From contig JBEKPW010000002.1 in the NCBI GenBank assembly GCA_049520315.1, forward strand, positions 38,909-102,908: 64,000 nt of DNA, in the 5' to 3' direction. The position numbers and the translations under genes were made by a program. Below, piece by piece: positions 47,094 to 58,452 of the stretch; positions within the stretch are counted from its first letter, which is position 1; each line of letters opens with the position of its first letter. A model generated the notes under the pieces. That model saw nothing but the letters and a program-made list of their open reading frames with translations. It had not been told where the DNA came from and did no database searches. Origin of the DNA: Syntrophobacteraceae bacterium (lineage in GTDB: Bacteria; Desulfobacterota; Syntrophobacteria; Syntrophobacterales; Syntrophobacteraceae).

Positions 47094-48383
47094 CTAGCGA
47101 TGTCCGCCGCCGCCATGGCCACCACCGCCACCACCACCACCATGGAAGCCGCCGCCTCCATGGAACCCGCCGCTAAAGCCACTCATGCTGCTGCCTCCAC
47201 GGTAGCCGCCGCCAAAGGAGCGTGATGACGGAGCGCTGGCGAAGCTCCGCCCGCTCGAAGACGTGGACCTCGAGGCAGTGCCTTGGCTCATTGTCCGCGC
47301 ACCGCTAACTGAGGCGGACCTGCTCAGATTTTGCGTGGCTGAAACCGGATTTCGCGAACTTCCATTCGTATTTCCCATATTACGCGAGGAGGCAAGGTTT
47401 CGCGACGCTGTTGACGCACCGGTCGTGTTTCCCGCCCTTGACGCCGCTTGCCGGTTCATTATGGCTCTCGCGCCTGCCTGAGCCCTGGCGGAACTGAGCC
47501 GAGACCCCTGCGTGGACCTGCTCGCTCCGGCGAGGGATTGCCCGGACCTGCTTGCCCCGGCGAGGGTCGAAGAACTTCGAGTTCCCGTTCCCGTTGCACG
47601 GGTGACCGCATTGACCCTGCTAACCGTTCCGTTCGCATGCGTTACATGGTTGGAAAAGTGATGGTCATGATCCCCGTGGTGAAAGTGCCCGTCGAAATCG
47701 CCCAGGATGAAGAAGCCGCCGAAGCCGAACCCTCCCCACCAGAACGGCCAGGGGACCCAATCATAGAGATACCCGTATGCCCAGGGGGGCGGATAATAGC
47801 TCACGACGGGAGGTCCATACTGGTCATAGTATTCCTCGACGCCGGTGGGCTCCACATAATCGGAATACTCCGGACGAGGAGTGGCGTAGCTTGACTGGTA
47901 TTCGGAACTTGAACTCGACTGGTATTGGGAGCTCGAACTTGCACTGGAATCGTAACTAGAACCGGAGCTGGATTCATAAGCGTGTTTTTCACCGGCAACT
48001 TTGACCGGAAGATCCATTGCGATGCTGACGCTGTCCACCGTGCGGGTCGCATCAGCCTCTGACATGCTCAGGCTCCCGGATGATGCCGATCTTGCGGCGC
48101 TGTCCCTCACCTCGGCAATGATGTCGGGTGTCATAGGATAGTCGGAGATCCATCCGTTTCTCGGCGCAACGTTAATCGAGGCCAGAGAGTTTTCTGCTGC
48201 CGCTTCATCGTGCGACGAAGTTAAATTGAGGGCGGTCGCCAGTTCAACGGCAAACTGGCCTTCAGCAACCAGAGGTTGTTCAATGGGGGGGCGATTGGAG
48301 GTTGGGCTGCCAGCCTTAACCGAGCCGGTAAACGGCGCCAGCACCAGACTTGCGGCGACTAATACCACGAGCATTCTTTTCAT
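47094..48383 (-). CDS. Secreted low-complexity protein (Ser-rich, aromatic/His-rich, Gly/His tail)
   Basis: Signal peptide MKRMLVVLVAASLVLAPFTGSVKA. Then SSGSSYDSSASSSSQYQSSSSSEYQSS, WVPWPFWWGGFGFGGFFILGDFDGHFHHGDHDHHF, AGASRS repeats, and a GGFHGGGGFHGGGGGGGGHGGGGHR end. Confidence 0.7.
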   Translation of the reverse strand: MKRMLVVLVAASLVLAPFTGSVKAGSPTSNRPPIEQPLVAEGQFAVELATALNLTSSHDEAAAENSLASINVAPRNGWISDYPMTPDIIAEVRDSAARSASSGSLSMSEADATRTVDSVSIAMDLPVKVAGEKHAYESSSGSSYDSSASSSSQYQSSSSSEYQSSYATPRPEYSDYVEPTGVEEYYDQYGPPVVSYYPPPWAYGYLYDWVPWPFWWGGFGFGGFFILGDFDGHFHHGDHDHHFSNHVTHANGTVSRVNAVTRATGTGTRSSSTLAGASRSGQSLAGASRSTQGSRLSSARAQAGARAIMNRQAASRAGNTTGASTASRNLASSRNMGNTNGSSRNPVSATQNLSRSASVSGARTMSQGTASRSTSSSGRSFASAPSSRSFGGGYRGGSSMSGFSGGFHGGGGFHGGGGGGGGHGGGGHR

Positions 48384-48617
48384 TTAAGTACTCCTTCCCG
48401 ACGGACTGCGGTTAACGGAATGCCCATCAGAAATATAAACATTCAGAACCATTTTGGTCTTAACCCTAAGATGCTTGGGCGATTTTTTTTGTCTACAAGA
48501 TGTTGAATTATTTAAAACGCATTGCGAAGGATCAATTCCGGATCCAGCCAAAGGGCAAGCGCAGAGCCCGTACCCGTTCGCCGCAGAGCTTCGTTGTGGA
48601 TTTTTGCGCCTCGTTAG

Positions 48618-49133
48618 CTATGCCTTTTTTTCCGCGTATCTGGCCAGGACGAATAGAAAATCGGCCAGGCGGTTCAAATATGAATGGACTTCGGGACTGT
48701 CGATCTTGCCAGCCTCCTTGAGGGCCGTCGCCAGGCGCTCGGCCCTTCGAATAATAGAGCGGGCAAGATCGATCGAAGCGCTCGTGGAATTGGCCCCCGG
48801 GTAGATGAAGTGGTGCGGCATGGGGACCTCCTCCTGGATTTTGACGATCCAGCCCTCGATCCTTTGGATTCGTTCGGTTCCAATGCTGTATTCAGAATCC
48901 GGCGCAGTGTCGGAAAGCCGGGCCCCGAGCATTAACAGGTCCTCCTGCACCGCCTGTATCATTTCCAGGATGGCCTCGTTGCGGGTAAAGGTCTTGGCGA
49001 GTCCGAGGGCGGAACTGGCCTCGTCCAGTGTTCCATATGCGTCGGGCCTCAGGCTCGCTTTGGAAATGCGCTCCCCGGTAAGGAGGCTGGTTGTCCCCTG
49101 GTCCCCTTTTTTTGAAAAGATGAAGGCGCTCAT
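48618..49133 (-). CDS. ATP:cob(I)alamin adenosyltransferase, PduO type
   Basis: KKGDQGTTSLLTGERISKASLRPDAYGTLDEASSALG...YLNRLADFLFVLAR. Confidence 0.85.
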   Translation of the reverse strand: MSAFIFSKKGDQGTTSLLTGERISKASLRPDAYGTLDEASSALGLAKTFTRNEAILEMIQAVQEDLLMLGARLSDTAPDSEYSIGTERIQRIEGWIVKIQEEVPMPHHFIYPGANSTSASIDLARSIIRRAERLATALKEAGKIDSPEVHSYLNRLADFLFVLARYAEKKA

Positions 49134-49358
49134 TGGATCTCCTCAAGAGATTGCGCACGGGCGGGCGCCGCAGAGTGAAAGGAGGAAGAATTTCAATCTC
49201 AGGGGCAATTCCTGCTTACCTTGCAGCCTCTATGCGTTATACTTGGCGCAATCCCGGCTTTGGAATCCGACCCCGGGCATGTTATGCCATTCGGGTTGCG
49301 ATGAAAAGAAAAACCTATGGACTACATTATTTATATGTAGTCTGTCTTTTGAGGGTAA

Positions 49359-49548
49359 ATGATGCATGCGTACCTTCTTACTGTATTCGGCCTCATCTGT
49401 TTCCTGGAAGGCCTCCCGTATCTGGCGACTCCCCAACAGGTCAGAAAATGGCTGAATTGGCTCCTTTCAGCCTCCAACCATTCCCTTAGAATTCTTGGGG
49501 CAGCTTTGATGGTCGTGGGTCTGCTCCTCGTTTACCTGGGCCGCAGGC

Positions 49549-49559
<11 letters not shown>
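49359..49559 (+). CDS. DUF2065 small membrane protein
   Basis: 66 aa with two hydrophobic helices. LEGLPYLATPQQVRKWL is typical of DUF2065. Overlaps the queA start. Confidence 0.65.
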
Positions 49560-51725
<2,166 letters not shown>

Positions 51726-51729
51726 ATTC

Positions 51730-51969
51730 GCACCACAGAGTAATACGGGAAGCGGGAAGCGGGAAGCAGGAAGCGGTAAGCAGGAAGCAGGAAGCTTTTG
51801 CTCCTTGCCACCTGTTCCTTGATCTTGTTGAATTTTGGTTTTCTCCGCGCTCCTAACGTGCAGTTACTTGAAATTTTTGCAAGGATATGAGGCTAAGCCG
51901 CTGTTTTCTCTGCGATCTCTGCGGTGGAATGATGTCCCGTCCCTGTGGTGAGATCCTGTCTTGGCTTTA
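51730..51969. repeat. MITE-like palindromic intergenic element, copy E2
   Basis: Left terminus GCACCACAGAG (51730), an internal octamer repeat GGGAAGCGGGAAGCGGGAAGCAGGAAGCGGTAAGCAGGAAGCAGGAAGC (51747-51795), and right termini TCTCTGCGATCTCTGCGGTGGAAT and CCCTGTGGTGAGATCCTGTCTTGGCTTT (to 51969). Confidence 0.65.
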
Positions 51970-52044
51970 CCCCGTGCCCACGTCCGCTCGTGTCCGTCAT
52001 TGAGCTTGACTGCGCGCTGCCTCAGTGTTAGTCTGATTATTTGT

Positions 52045-52122
52045 CGGGACGTGGCGCAGCCTGGTTAGCGCGCTTGCTTGGGGTGCAAGAGGACGGAGGT
52101 TCAAATCCTCTCGTCCCGACCA
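52045..52122 (+). tRNA. tRNA-Pro (anticodon GGG), CCA encoded
   Basis: Acceptor CGGGACG/CGTCCCG, anticodon arm CTTGC-TTGGGGT-GCAAG, T arm GGAGG-TTCAAAT-CCTCT, discriminator A plus CCA. 78 nt. Confidence 0.93.
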
Positions 52123-52145
52123 TTTAGTCCAAAAAGACCCAAACA

Positions 52146-52721
52146 TTACCCCTGAACTCCGCATTCTTTGTCCACGGCGGCCTTAAGCTCTTTCATCATG
52201 CCAACGAGATCTTTCAACTGGTAGCTTGCGTTCAGGCCGCTCGGGTTGGGCAAAACCCAGGCGGAAGATATTCCGCCGAGCTTTTCCGGCTGAAGTCCGG
52301 GTAAGGCTTTCGGGTGCCTGAAAGCCAGCCGGTAGGCGCCAAATCCCAGGATTGCGGAAAAAAGGGGCTTGAAAGTTCGAACCTTATCCTCGAGTACAGC
52401 CCCGCCCCGGGCGAGTTCTTCGGCCGTGAGTTCGTCGGCCCGGGCCGTCGCGTGTTCGACGATGTTTATAATCCCGTAGCCGTGGTTCAGGAGTTCTTCT
52501 TCCTCAAACGGGGAAAATTGCCTGGGCGTAAAACCGGCCTGGTGGAGCGCCGGCCAAAAGCGGTTTCCCGGCCGGGCAAAATGATGCCCTACGGCTGCCG
52601 TGTACAGCCCGGGGTTTATTCCGCAAAAAAGCACCTTGAGCCTTGGCGCGATAACGTCGGGGACTGACTTGCCCCTTGCCGCCCGGACCTGTTCCTTCGT
52701 TGGCTTAAACGGTTGTTGCAT
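52146..52721 (-). CDS. mug: G/U mismatch-specific uracil-DNA glycosylase
   Basis: KVLFCGINPGLYTAAVGHHFARPGNRFWPAL and VLPNPSGLN motifs. Confidence 0.85.
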   Translation of the reverse strand: MQQPFKPTKEQVRAARGKSVPDVIAPRLKVLFCGINPGLYTAAVGHHFARPGNRFWPALHQAGFTPRQFSPFEEEELLNHGYGIINIVEHATARADELTAEELARGGAVLEDKVRTFKPLFSAILGFGAYRLAFRHPKALPGLQPEKLGGISSAWVLPNPSGLNASYQLKDLVGMMKELKAAVDKECGVQG

Positions 52722-52759
52722 TTGATTTTAGTTACCCGTTTACCGAAAGACTCAAAGCG

Positions 52760-52976
52760 ATTCACCACAGAGACACAGAGAAAAATAGACTTCAGCAAGA
52801 TTAACAAGAAGGCAGAAGTCTTTCACATTATTCTACGCACTTAGAAATAGTCAGAAATTAAAGGATTGAGATTTGAGAATTCAGGAGTTAATTCCTAAAT
52901 TCTCTGTTACATGGTCATTTCTGTAAATCCTGTCTTGCAAGGCTTTCCTCTGTGTCCTATGCGTCTCTGTGGTGAA
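52760..52976. repeat. MITE-like palindromic intergenic element, copy E3
   Basis: Left terminus ATTCACCACAGAGACACAGAG (52760) and right terminus CCTCTGTGTCCTATGCGTCTCTGTGGTGAA (to 52976). The interior is AT-rich and contains AAGATTAACAAGAAGG. Confidence 0.7.
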
Positions 52977-53376
52977 CCCTTGCTTTTTCTTTTTCCCACT
53001 TGGCGGTTACATCGCGTATGAGGGCCGCTGATCCGACGATTTCGCCGGTATCCGACTTCAGAATCACTATACTGAACTCGATTGAAATCCGTGCGCCGTC
53101 TTTCCGCAGCGCCGGAACGGCCAGCAGTTCCTTCATATACCTGGAGACTCCGGTCTCCATCACTTTTCGATATCCTTGCCGGTGGCGCTCTCTGAGTTTT
53201 TCGGGAATTATGATATCCAGGTCCTGCCCGATTGCCTCACTCGCGCTATACCCGAAAATAGTCTCCGCTCCCGAGTTCCAAAGACGAACGATTCCATCGG
53301 CGTCGGCGAATATGATTGCGTCGGGGGCGCCGTCCACAATATTTCGGCAAATCCATTCATGACTGTATTCGCCCAT
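52957..53376 (-). CDS. Stand-alone PAS-domain protein
   Basis: PDAIIFADADGIVRLWNSGAETIFGYSASEAIGQDLDIIIPE is a PAS S-box. Start set at ATG 53376 (GGAGA 8 nt upstream). The last codons (VHHRDA) lie inside repeat E3. Confidence 0.75.
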   Translation of the reverse strand: MGEYSHEWICRNIVDGAPDAIIFADADGIVRLWNSGAETIFGYSASEAIGQDLDIIIPEKLRERHRQGYRKVMETGVSRYMKELLAVPALRKDGARISIEFSIVILKSDTGEIVGSAALIRDVTAKWEKEKARVHHRDA

Positions 53377-53428
53377 TTCCTCATTCTCCAACTTTATCTC
53401 ACTTGCATTTAAGTCCTGGCGGCCTGCT

Positions 53429-53583
53429 TGTCACCATTGAGGAGCAGGAAGCAAGGAGCAAGGAGCAGGAAGCAAGAAGCAAGGAGCAGGAAGCAAAGGC
53501 TCCCCGCTTACTGCTAAGGTTTTTCTTCGAATCCTTTCCCTGGCCAGTCACGACCAGTCTCTGCGGTGATATCCTGCCTGTCA
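53429..53583. repeat. MITE-like palindromic intergenic element, copy E4 (degenerate)
   Basis: Degenerate left terminus GTCACCATTGAGG, internal (GGAGCAAG/GGAAGCAA)n at 53441-53500, and right terminus GTCTCTGCGGTGATATCCTGCCTGTC (53557-53583). Confidence 0.5.
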
Positions 53584-53739
53584 ACTAAAATCAAATCTCT
53601 CTCGTCTGTATATTCAGTTTCAGGTTCAGCTAAAGGGAATTAGGTTCGGCTGCCTCATGTGGCAGCTTCTTCTTTACTTTCTCCCGGTTTTGGGCCATAA
53701 ACCGAGCCGAGGCTTTTTAATAAAAGGGGCGAACAGAGT

Positions 53740-53982
53740 TTGGCCGGTAAACTGGATGCACTTACCCTTGCGGGAGATCCTTCCGGAAGGGAAGAAGACG
53801 GGGTCACGCAGGCGATCAAAACGCATGGCAGCGCTCTCCCCCGGTTCCGGGGGTTGCTGCTCTGCAGGAGATGCGATTTCTGCGGAACAAGGATCAGCGT
53901 TCACGGCGAAGGCGATGACAGCGTAGTTATGAGATGTCCCGAATGCCAGCGTGAATACGTGTTCTTCCAGAATCCGGAATAA
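53740..53982 (+). CDS. Possible small zinc-ribbon protein
   Basis: CRRCDFC...(17 aa)...CPEC gives a C-x2-C / C-x2-C pair. TTG start, with no convincing RBS. Competes with an antisense ORF, 53674..53994. Confidence 0.3.
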   Translation: MAGKLDALTLAGDPSGREEDGVTQAIKTHGSALPRFRGLLLCRRCDFCGTRISVHGEGDDSVVMRCPECQREYVFFQNPE

Positions 53983-54042
53983 ATTCATCTGCAATCCCTC
54001 CTTTTAACCTGCCCGGGCAATCCGTCAAAAAACCTAAATTTG

Positions 54043-54167
54043 CACCACAGAGGCACAGAGAGCACAGAGACAAGCTTAAATAGGATTAACGGGAGTAAGA
54101 AAGTTGCTTACGGCACGTTTTTGCCTTTTGCTACCTCTGCGTCTCTGTGGTGAAATCCCGTCTTTGA
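54043..54167. repeat. MITE-like palindromic intergenic element, copy E5 (most compact)
   Basis: CACCACAGAGGCACAGAGAGCACAGAGA ... ATAGGATTAACGGGAGTAAGAAAG ... CCTCTGCGTCTCTGTGGTGAAATCCCGTCTTTGAG. Confidence 0.75.
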
Positions 54168-54281
54168 GTTTTTCAGCGGCGGAAGTTTGAACATGACCAG
54201 CCGGTCACTTTATCAGTTTGACAAAACCGGTCCGGCGTCTATAATGACCACATGGTCATTTTCCGGGGATGCGAGGACCCA

Positions 54282-54983
54282 ATGTTTGCGAGCGAGACTT
54301 TCAACAAGCTTGATGAAGGCAAAAAGAGCAAAATCCTTGATGCGGCCGTGGATGAGTTCTCCCGCCACGGGTTTAGGCAGGCGAGCGTCAATCGCATGGT
54401 GGAACGGGTCGGCATTGCCAAAGGATCTCTTTTCCAATATTTCGGCAGCAAGGAAGGCCTCTTCCACGTTATCTTCAACTACGCGGTGGAGCTTGTAAGG
54501 CAATCGCTGCGGCAGGTGAAAAAAGAGACTTCCAGCGCGGATTTTTTCGAGCGAATAAAAGAGAGCATGCTGGCGGGAATCCGCTTCATCGAGCGCCACC
54601 CCAGGGTCTATCGAATCTACCTCAAGATGATTTTCCAGGAAGACTTCCCTCTCAGGGCTGAGTTTTTGCAACAGGTACACCTTTTTTCGGCGGAGTACCT
54701 GCGTCCCGCAGTAGAGGCGGGGATCGCGAGGGGGGAAATCAGGGCCGACACGAACATCGAGATGGCCGTTTTCATGCTGGACGCTCTGATGGACCGGTTC
54801 CTCCAGGCTTACTGCGTTCCCTTTCTCGATGCGGGGGCCGGCATATACGAGGCGCCCAGGGACGAGTTGTCGCGCAAGGTCGATGAGTTCATAAAGCTGC
54901 TTCGGATCGGGATGGGCGGGGAATGGAGCGTCAGTCCGGGTGAATCGACGGGACAAGAATATGTTCGAACCACAGTATTTTAA
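54282..54983 (+). CDS. TetR-family transcriptional regulator
   Basis: ILDAAVDEFSRHGFRQASVNRMVERVGIAKGSLFQYFGSKEGLF HTH region. Confidence 0.85.
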   Translation: MFASETFNKLDEGKKSKILDAAVDEFSRHGFRQASVNRMVERVGIAKGSLFQYFGSKEGLFHVIFNYAVELVRQSLRQVKKETSSADFFERIKESMLAGIRFIERHPRVYRIYLKMIFQEDFPLRAEFLQQVHLFSAEYLRPAVEAGIARGEIRADTNIEMAVFMLDALMDRFLQAYCVPFLDAGAGIYEAPRDELSRKVDEFIKLLRIGMGGEWSVSPGESTGQEYVRTTVF

Positions 54984-56073
54984 AAAACTCGGCCTGGAAG
55001 ACATCTGCCACAAAGTCGCGGAGGGGCAGAGGCTCACGATTGCTGACGGTGAGAGGCTTTTTGCCTGCCCGGACATGAACGCCATCGGTTCGCTCGCTCA
55101 TCAGGCCAGGACAAAGCTACACGCAAATAGGGCCTACTACGTCGTCAACCGCCATATCAACTACTCGAACATTTGTGTAAACGGCTGCCGCTTCTGCGCC
55201 TTCAGCAGAAAGAAGGGCGACCCGCTTTCATTCGAACTTTCCGAGGATGAAATTTTCGATAAAATCTGCGCGAACGGAAAAGGATTGACCGAGATACACA
55301 TCGTGGGAGGCTGCCACCCCGACCTTGGTCTTTCTTTTTTTGAGAACCTTGTCCGGAGGATACGCGAGACAAAGCCGGATGTCTTTATCAAAGCGTTTAC
55401 AGCCGTCGAGATCGCCCATTTTGCAAAAAATGAGGGGACATCCGTCAAAGATGTTCTTGCCCGTTTGAAGTCGGCCGGAGTTCAGATGCTTCCGGGCGGC
55501 GGGGCCGAAGTGTTCAGTGCGCGCGTAAGAGAGCGCCTTTGCCCTGAGAAACTGGACGGGAATGGCTGGCTCGATATTATGCGCCAGGCTCATGAAATGG
55601 GAATAAAAACAAATGCTACGATGCTCTACGGGCATATCGAGACTGTGAGGGAGCGGCTCGATCACATGGCGGCGCTTCGCGAGCTTCAAGATCGGACGGG
55701 CGGCTTCGTCTGCTTTATCCCTCTTACGTTCCAGCCGGCGAATACCCTTCTTAGCCATCTTCCGCCGACGACCGGGGTCGACGACCTGAAAACGATTGCC
55801 GTGAGCAGGCTGATGCTCGACAACATAGCGCACATCAAGGCCTATTGGGTAATGCTCTCGGTCAAACTCGCCCAGGCCGCCCTTTACTTCGGCGCGGACG
55901 ATTTCGACGGAACGGTGGTCGAGGAGAAGATCGGGCACATGGCGGGGGCCGAGTCTCAGCAGGGAATGACCTGCCTGGAGATAGAGAGTACCATCCGGGA
56001 TGCGGGGTTCGAGCCGGTGGAACGGGACAGCCTGTTCCGCAAAGTGCCAGGGGCGACTGTCTTAAGGTCCTGA
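54961..56073 (+). CDS. mqnE: MqnE/MqnC-family radical SAM enzyme (tentatively aminofutalosine synthase)
   Basis: NINYSNICVNGCRFCAF radical-SAM cluster motif, GGFVCFIPLTFQP. The MqnE versus MqnC assignment is tentative. Confidence 0.7.
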   Translation: MFEPQYFKKLGLEDICHKVAEGQRLTIADGERLFACPDMNAIGSLAHQARTKLHANRAYYVVNRHINYSNICVNGCRFCAFSRKKGDPLSFELSEDEIFDKICANGKGLTEIHIVGGCHPDLGLSFFENLVRRIRETKPDVFIKAFTAVEIAHFAKNEGTSVKDVLARLKSAGVQMLPGGGAEVFSARVRERLCPEKLDGNGWLDIMRQAHEMGIKTNATMLYGHIETVRERLDHMAALRELQDRTGGFVCFIPLTFQPANTLLSHLPPTTGVDDLKTIAVSRLMLDNIAHIKAYWVMLSVKLAQAALYFGADDFDGTVVEEKIGHMAGAESQQGMTCLEIESTIRDAGFEPVERDSLFRKVPGATVLRS

Positions 56074-56090
56074 CATTGTATGGTTGAGCT

Positions 56091-57140
56091 ATGATTGAAA
56101 ACGGCAGGTTGAATATAGATCAGGCTTGGGAACTCTACCGGAGCGGCGATTTTCATGCGCTGGGCAGGATGGCTCATGAGGTGCGCCTGAAAAAGCATGC
56201 CGAACCGGTGGTCACCTACGTTGTTGACCGTAACATCAACTACTCGAATGTCTGTGTGTGCGGGTGCCGTTTCTGCGCGTATTTCCGGCCTCCAGGCCAT
56301 AGTGAATCCTTTGTCCTGAGCAGGAAGGAACTTTCCGAAAAAATCGAGGAAACACTAAGGTTGGAAGGGACGCAAATCCTGTTGCAGGGCGGGCTCAATC
56401 CCGATCTGCCGCTCTCTTTTTACGAAGAGATGCTGAGCTTCATAAAGTCAAAATATCCAATTCACATACATGCCTTCTCGCCCCCGGAAATCGTGTTTTT
56501 CAGCCGGCTGGAGGGTATCGGCCCGGGCGAGGTGATCTCGAGGCTGCGACTTGCCGGACTGGACTCGATCCCGGGTGGGGGCGCCGAAATTCTGGTCGAC
56601 TCGGTGAGGCGGCGCGTGTCTCCGCGCAAATGTTCAACGGCCGAATGGCTGGCCGTCATGGAGGAGGCGCACTCTCAGGGCCTTCGCACAACCGCCACCA
56701 TGATGTTCGGCCACGAAGAAGCGCCGGAAGACAGGCTCATGCATCTTTTTGCCCTGCGTGATCTTCAGGACCGTACCGGAGGTTTTACCGCTTTCATTCC
56801 GTGGGCCTTCCAGCCCCAAAACACTGCAATCCCCCGGGAACCTGAAACTGCAGTCTCATATCTACGGCTCCTTGCAATCTCCAGGCTTTTTCTGGACAAC
56901 TTTGACAACATTCAGGTCTCCTGGGTGACAATGGGTCCGAAAGTGTCTCAATTGGCCCTGTTTTTCGGCGCCAACGACTTCGGGTCCACAATGATCGAAG
57001 AAAATGTGGTCGCGGCCGCCGGGGTCCATTTTCGCCTTTCGGCCGAAGAGATCCACAGGATAATCCAATCCGCCGGTTTCCAGCCCCGGCGGCGCACGAT
57101 GGCTTACGAGCTGCTTCCGGATAAACGCCTCCGGTCATAG
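56091..57140 (+). CDS. mqnC: MqnE/MqnC-family radical SAM enzyme (tentatively cyclic dehypoxanthinyl-futalosine synthase)
   Basis: NINYSNVCVCGCRFCAY, GGFTAFIPWAFQPQNT. Paralog of the preceding gene. Confidence 0.7.
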   Translation: MIENGRLNIDQAWELYRSGDFHALGRMAHEVRLKKHAEPVVTYVVDRNINYSNVCVCGCRFCAYFRPPGHSESFVLSRKELSEKIEETLRLEGTQILLQGGLNPDLPLSFYEEMLSFIKSKYPIHIHAFSPPEIVFFSRLEGIGPGEVISRLRLAGLDSIPGGGAEILVDSVRRRVSPRKCSTAEWLAVMEEAHSQGLRTTATMMFGHEEAPEDRLMHLFALRDLQDRTGGFTAFIPWAFQPQNTAIPREPETAVSYLRLLAISRLFLDNFDNIQVSWVTMGPKVSQLALFFGANDFGSTMIEENVVAAAGVHFRLSAEEIHRIIQSAGFQPRRRTMAYELLPDKRLRS

Positions 57141-57177
57141 ACAGGGCAGGGAGAGCGTCGAGAAAGAGCAAGCTTAT

Positions 57178-58452
57178 ATGAACGGGCTTTCGCCAGATCC
57201 CAAACCCCCTGAGATCCACCGGGCCGAATGGGTCGTGCCGGTTTCGAGTTCGCCCTTGCGCAATGGCGCCGTATTGACCCATGGGGGCCGGATTATAGCG
57301 GCTGGGCCATTTTCCACCGTCCGGAGGGACTCACCTGCGGGCGCCCGGTTGACCGATCACGGCCGAGCCGTTCTTTTCCCTGCACTGGTTAACGCCCATA
57401 CGCATCTGGAACTCTCAGCCCTCAGGGCGAAAATACCCTTTCCGCAACCCTGTTTTCGCGAATGGATCGAACTTCTGTTCGCTCTTCGGGCCGGCATGGA
57501 ATCGAACTCTGTCGATGAGGGCCTGCGCAGTGGCGAAGCGGAGCTTTTAGCCGGCGGAACGGGGCTTTGCGCAGACATAACGAACGGCGGGGCAGTAGAG
57601 TACGAGAGCAGTGCAGGACGAAACGAGCTGGATTTCGGCTTGCGGTCCCGGTTCCCAAGCCCCGAGCGGCGGATTTTTCTCGAGTTGCTGGGATTCAATC
57701 TTGACTCCGTTGCGGCCGCCATGCCTGCCTCGGCTGTCGAGATTTTGGCTGCAGGCGCTGCGATACCGGTCCCTCACTCGGTCTATTCCGTTTCGCCGGC
57801 GATCATCGCAGAGTCCAAAGAATGGACTAGGGCTCGAGGGCTTCCTTTTTCGATTCACGTGGCAGAACACTTCGATGAGATCGAATTTCTGCGGAGCGGA
57901 AAAGGTTTTTGCCGCGAACTGCTTGAGAGGGTAGGGCGTTGGGACCCGGCGTGGACACCGCCCGGGAAAACCCCGATCGAATACCTCGACGGCCTCGGCG
58001 CACTCGATTCCCGCACGCTCCTGGTGCACGCCGTGCATATGACCGAAGCGGATTGGGCGCTTGCAGTGAAAAGGGACTGCACCGTGGTTTTTTGTCCGAG
58101 GAGCAACAAGAACCTGGGTTCGGGCAGGCCGTGGATCGAGAAGGCGCTTTCACTCGGCATAAGTTGCGCACTGGGAACCGACAGCCTTGCCAGCAACACG
58201 GACCTGAACCTCTTTGCCGAAGCATCCTTTACTCTCGATAACCATCCCTCAATCGATCCTCAAAAAGTGATCGAGATGATTACCATCAATCCCGCCCGGT
58301 CGCTCGGCCGCAAAAGAGATTTCGGCAGTATCGAGCCGGGAGTGAAAGCTCATATGCTGGCCATCGAAATCCAATCAGGCATTGGCGAATCGAATTTGGC
58401 TGAAGCTCTTATTCAAACCGGGAAAGAAGGAGCCTGGAAATGGGTGAACTGA
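57178..58452 (+). CDS. Amidohydrolase-superfamily deaminase (aminofutalosine deaminase candidate)
   Basis: Metal motif NAHTHLELS, HVAEH, HAVH, GTDS. Function inferred from position inside the mqn cluster. Confidence 0.7.
   Translation: MNGLSPDPKPPEIHRAEWVVPVSSSPLRNGAVLTHGGRIIAAGPFSTVRRDSPAGARLTDHGRAVLFPALVNAHTHLELSALRAKIPFPQPCFREWIELLFALRAGMESNSVDEGLRSGEAELLAGGTGLCADITNGGAVEYESSAGRNELDFGLRSRFPSPERRIFLELLGFNLDSVAAAMPASAVEILAAGAAIPVPHSVYSVSPAIIAESKEWTRARGLPFSIHVAEHFDEIEFLRSGKGFCRELLERVGRWDPAWTPPGKTPIEYLDGLGALDSRTLLVHAVHMTEADWALAVKRDCTVVFCPRSNKNLGSGRPWIEKALSLGISCALGTDSLASNTDLNLFAEASFTLDNHPSIDPQKVIEMITINPARSLGRKRDFGSIEPGVKAHMLAIEIQSGIGESNLAEALIQTGKEGAWKWVN

Noticed and set aside
53674-53994. 106-aa minus-strand ORF overlapping the putative Zn-ribbon ORF.
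   Set aside because: It has no motifs and a low-complexity Pro/Glu stretch. The + strand frame at least shows paired C-x2-C motifs. Neither frame is well supported, so the + strand ORF is reported only at low confidence.
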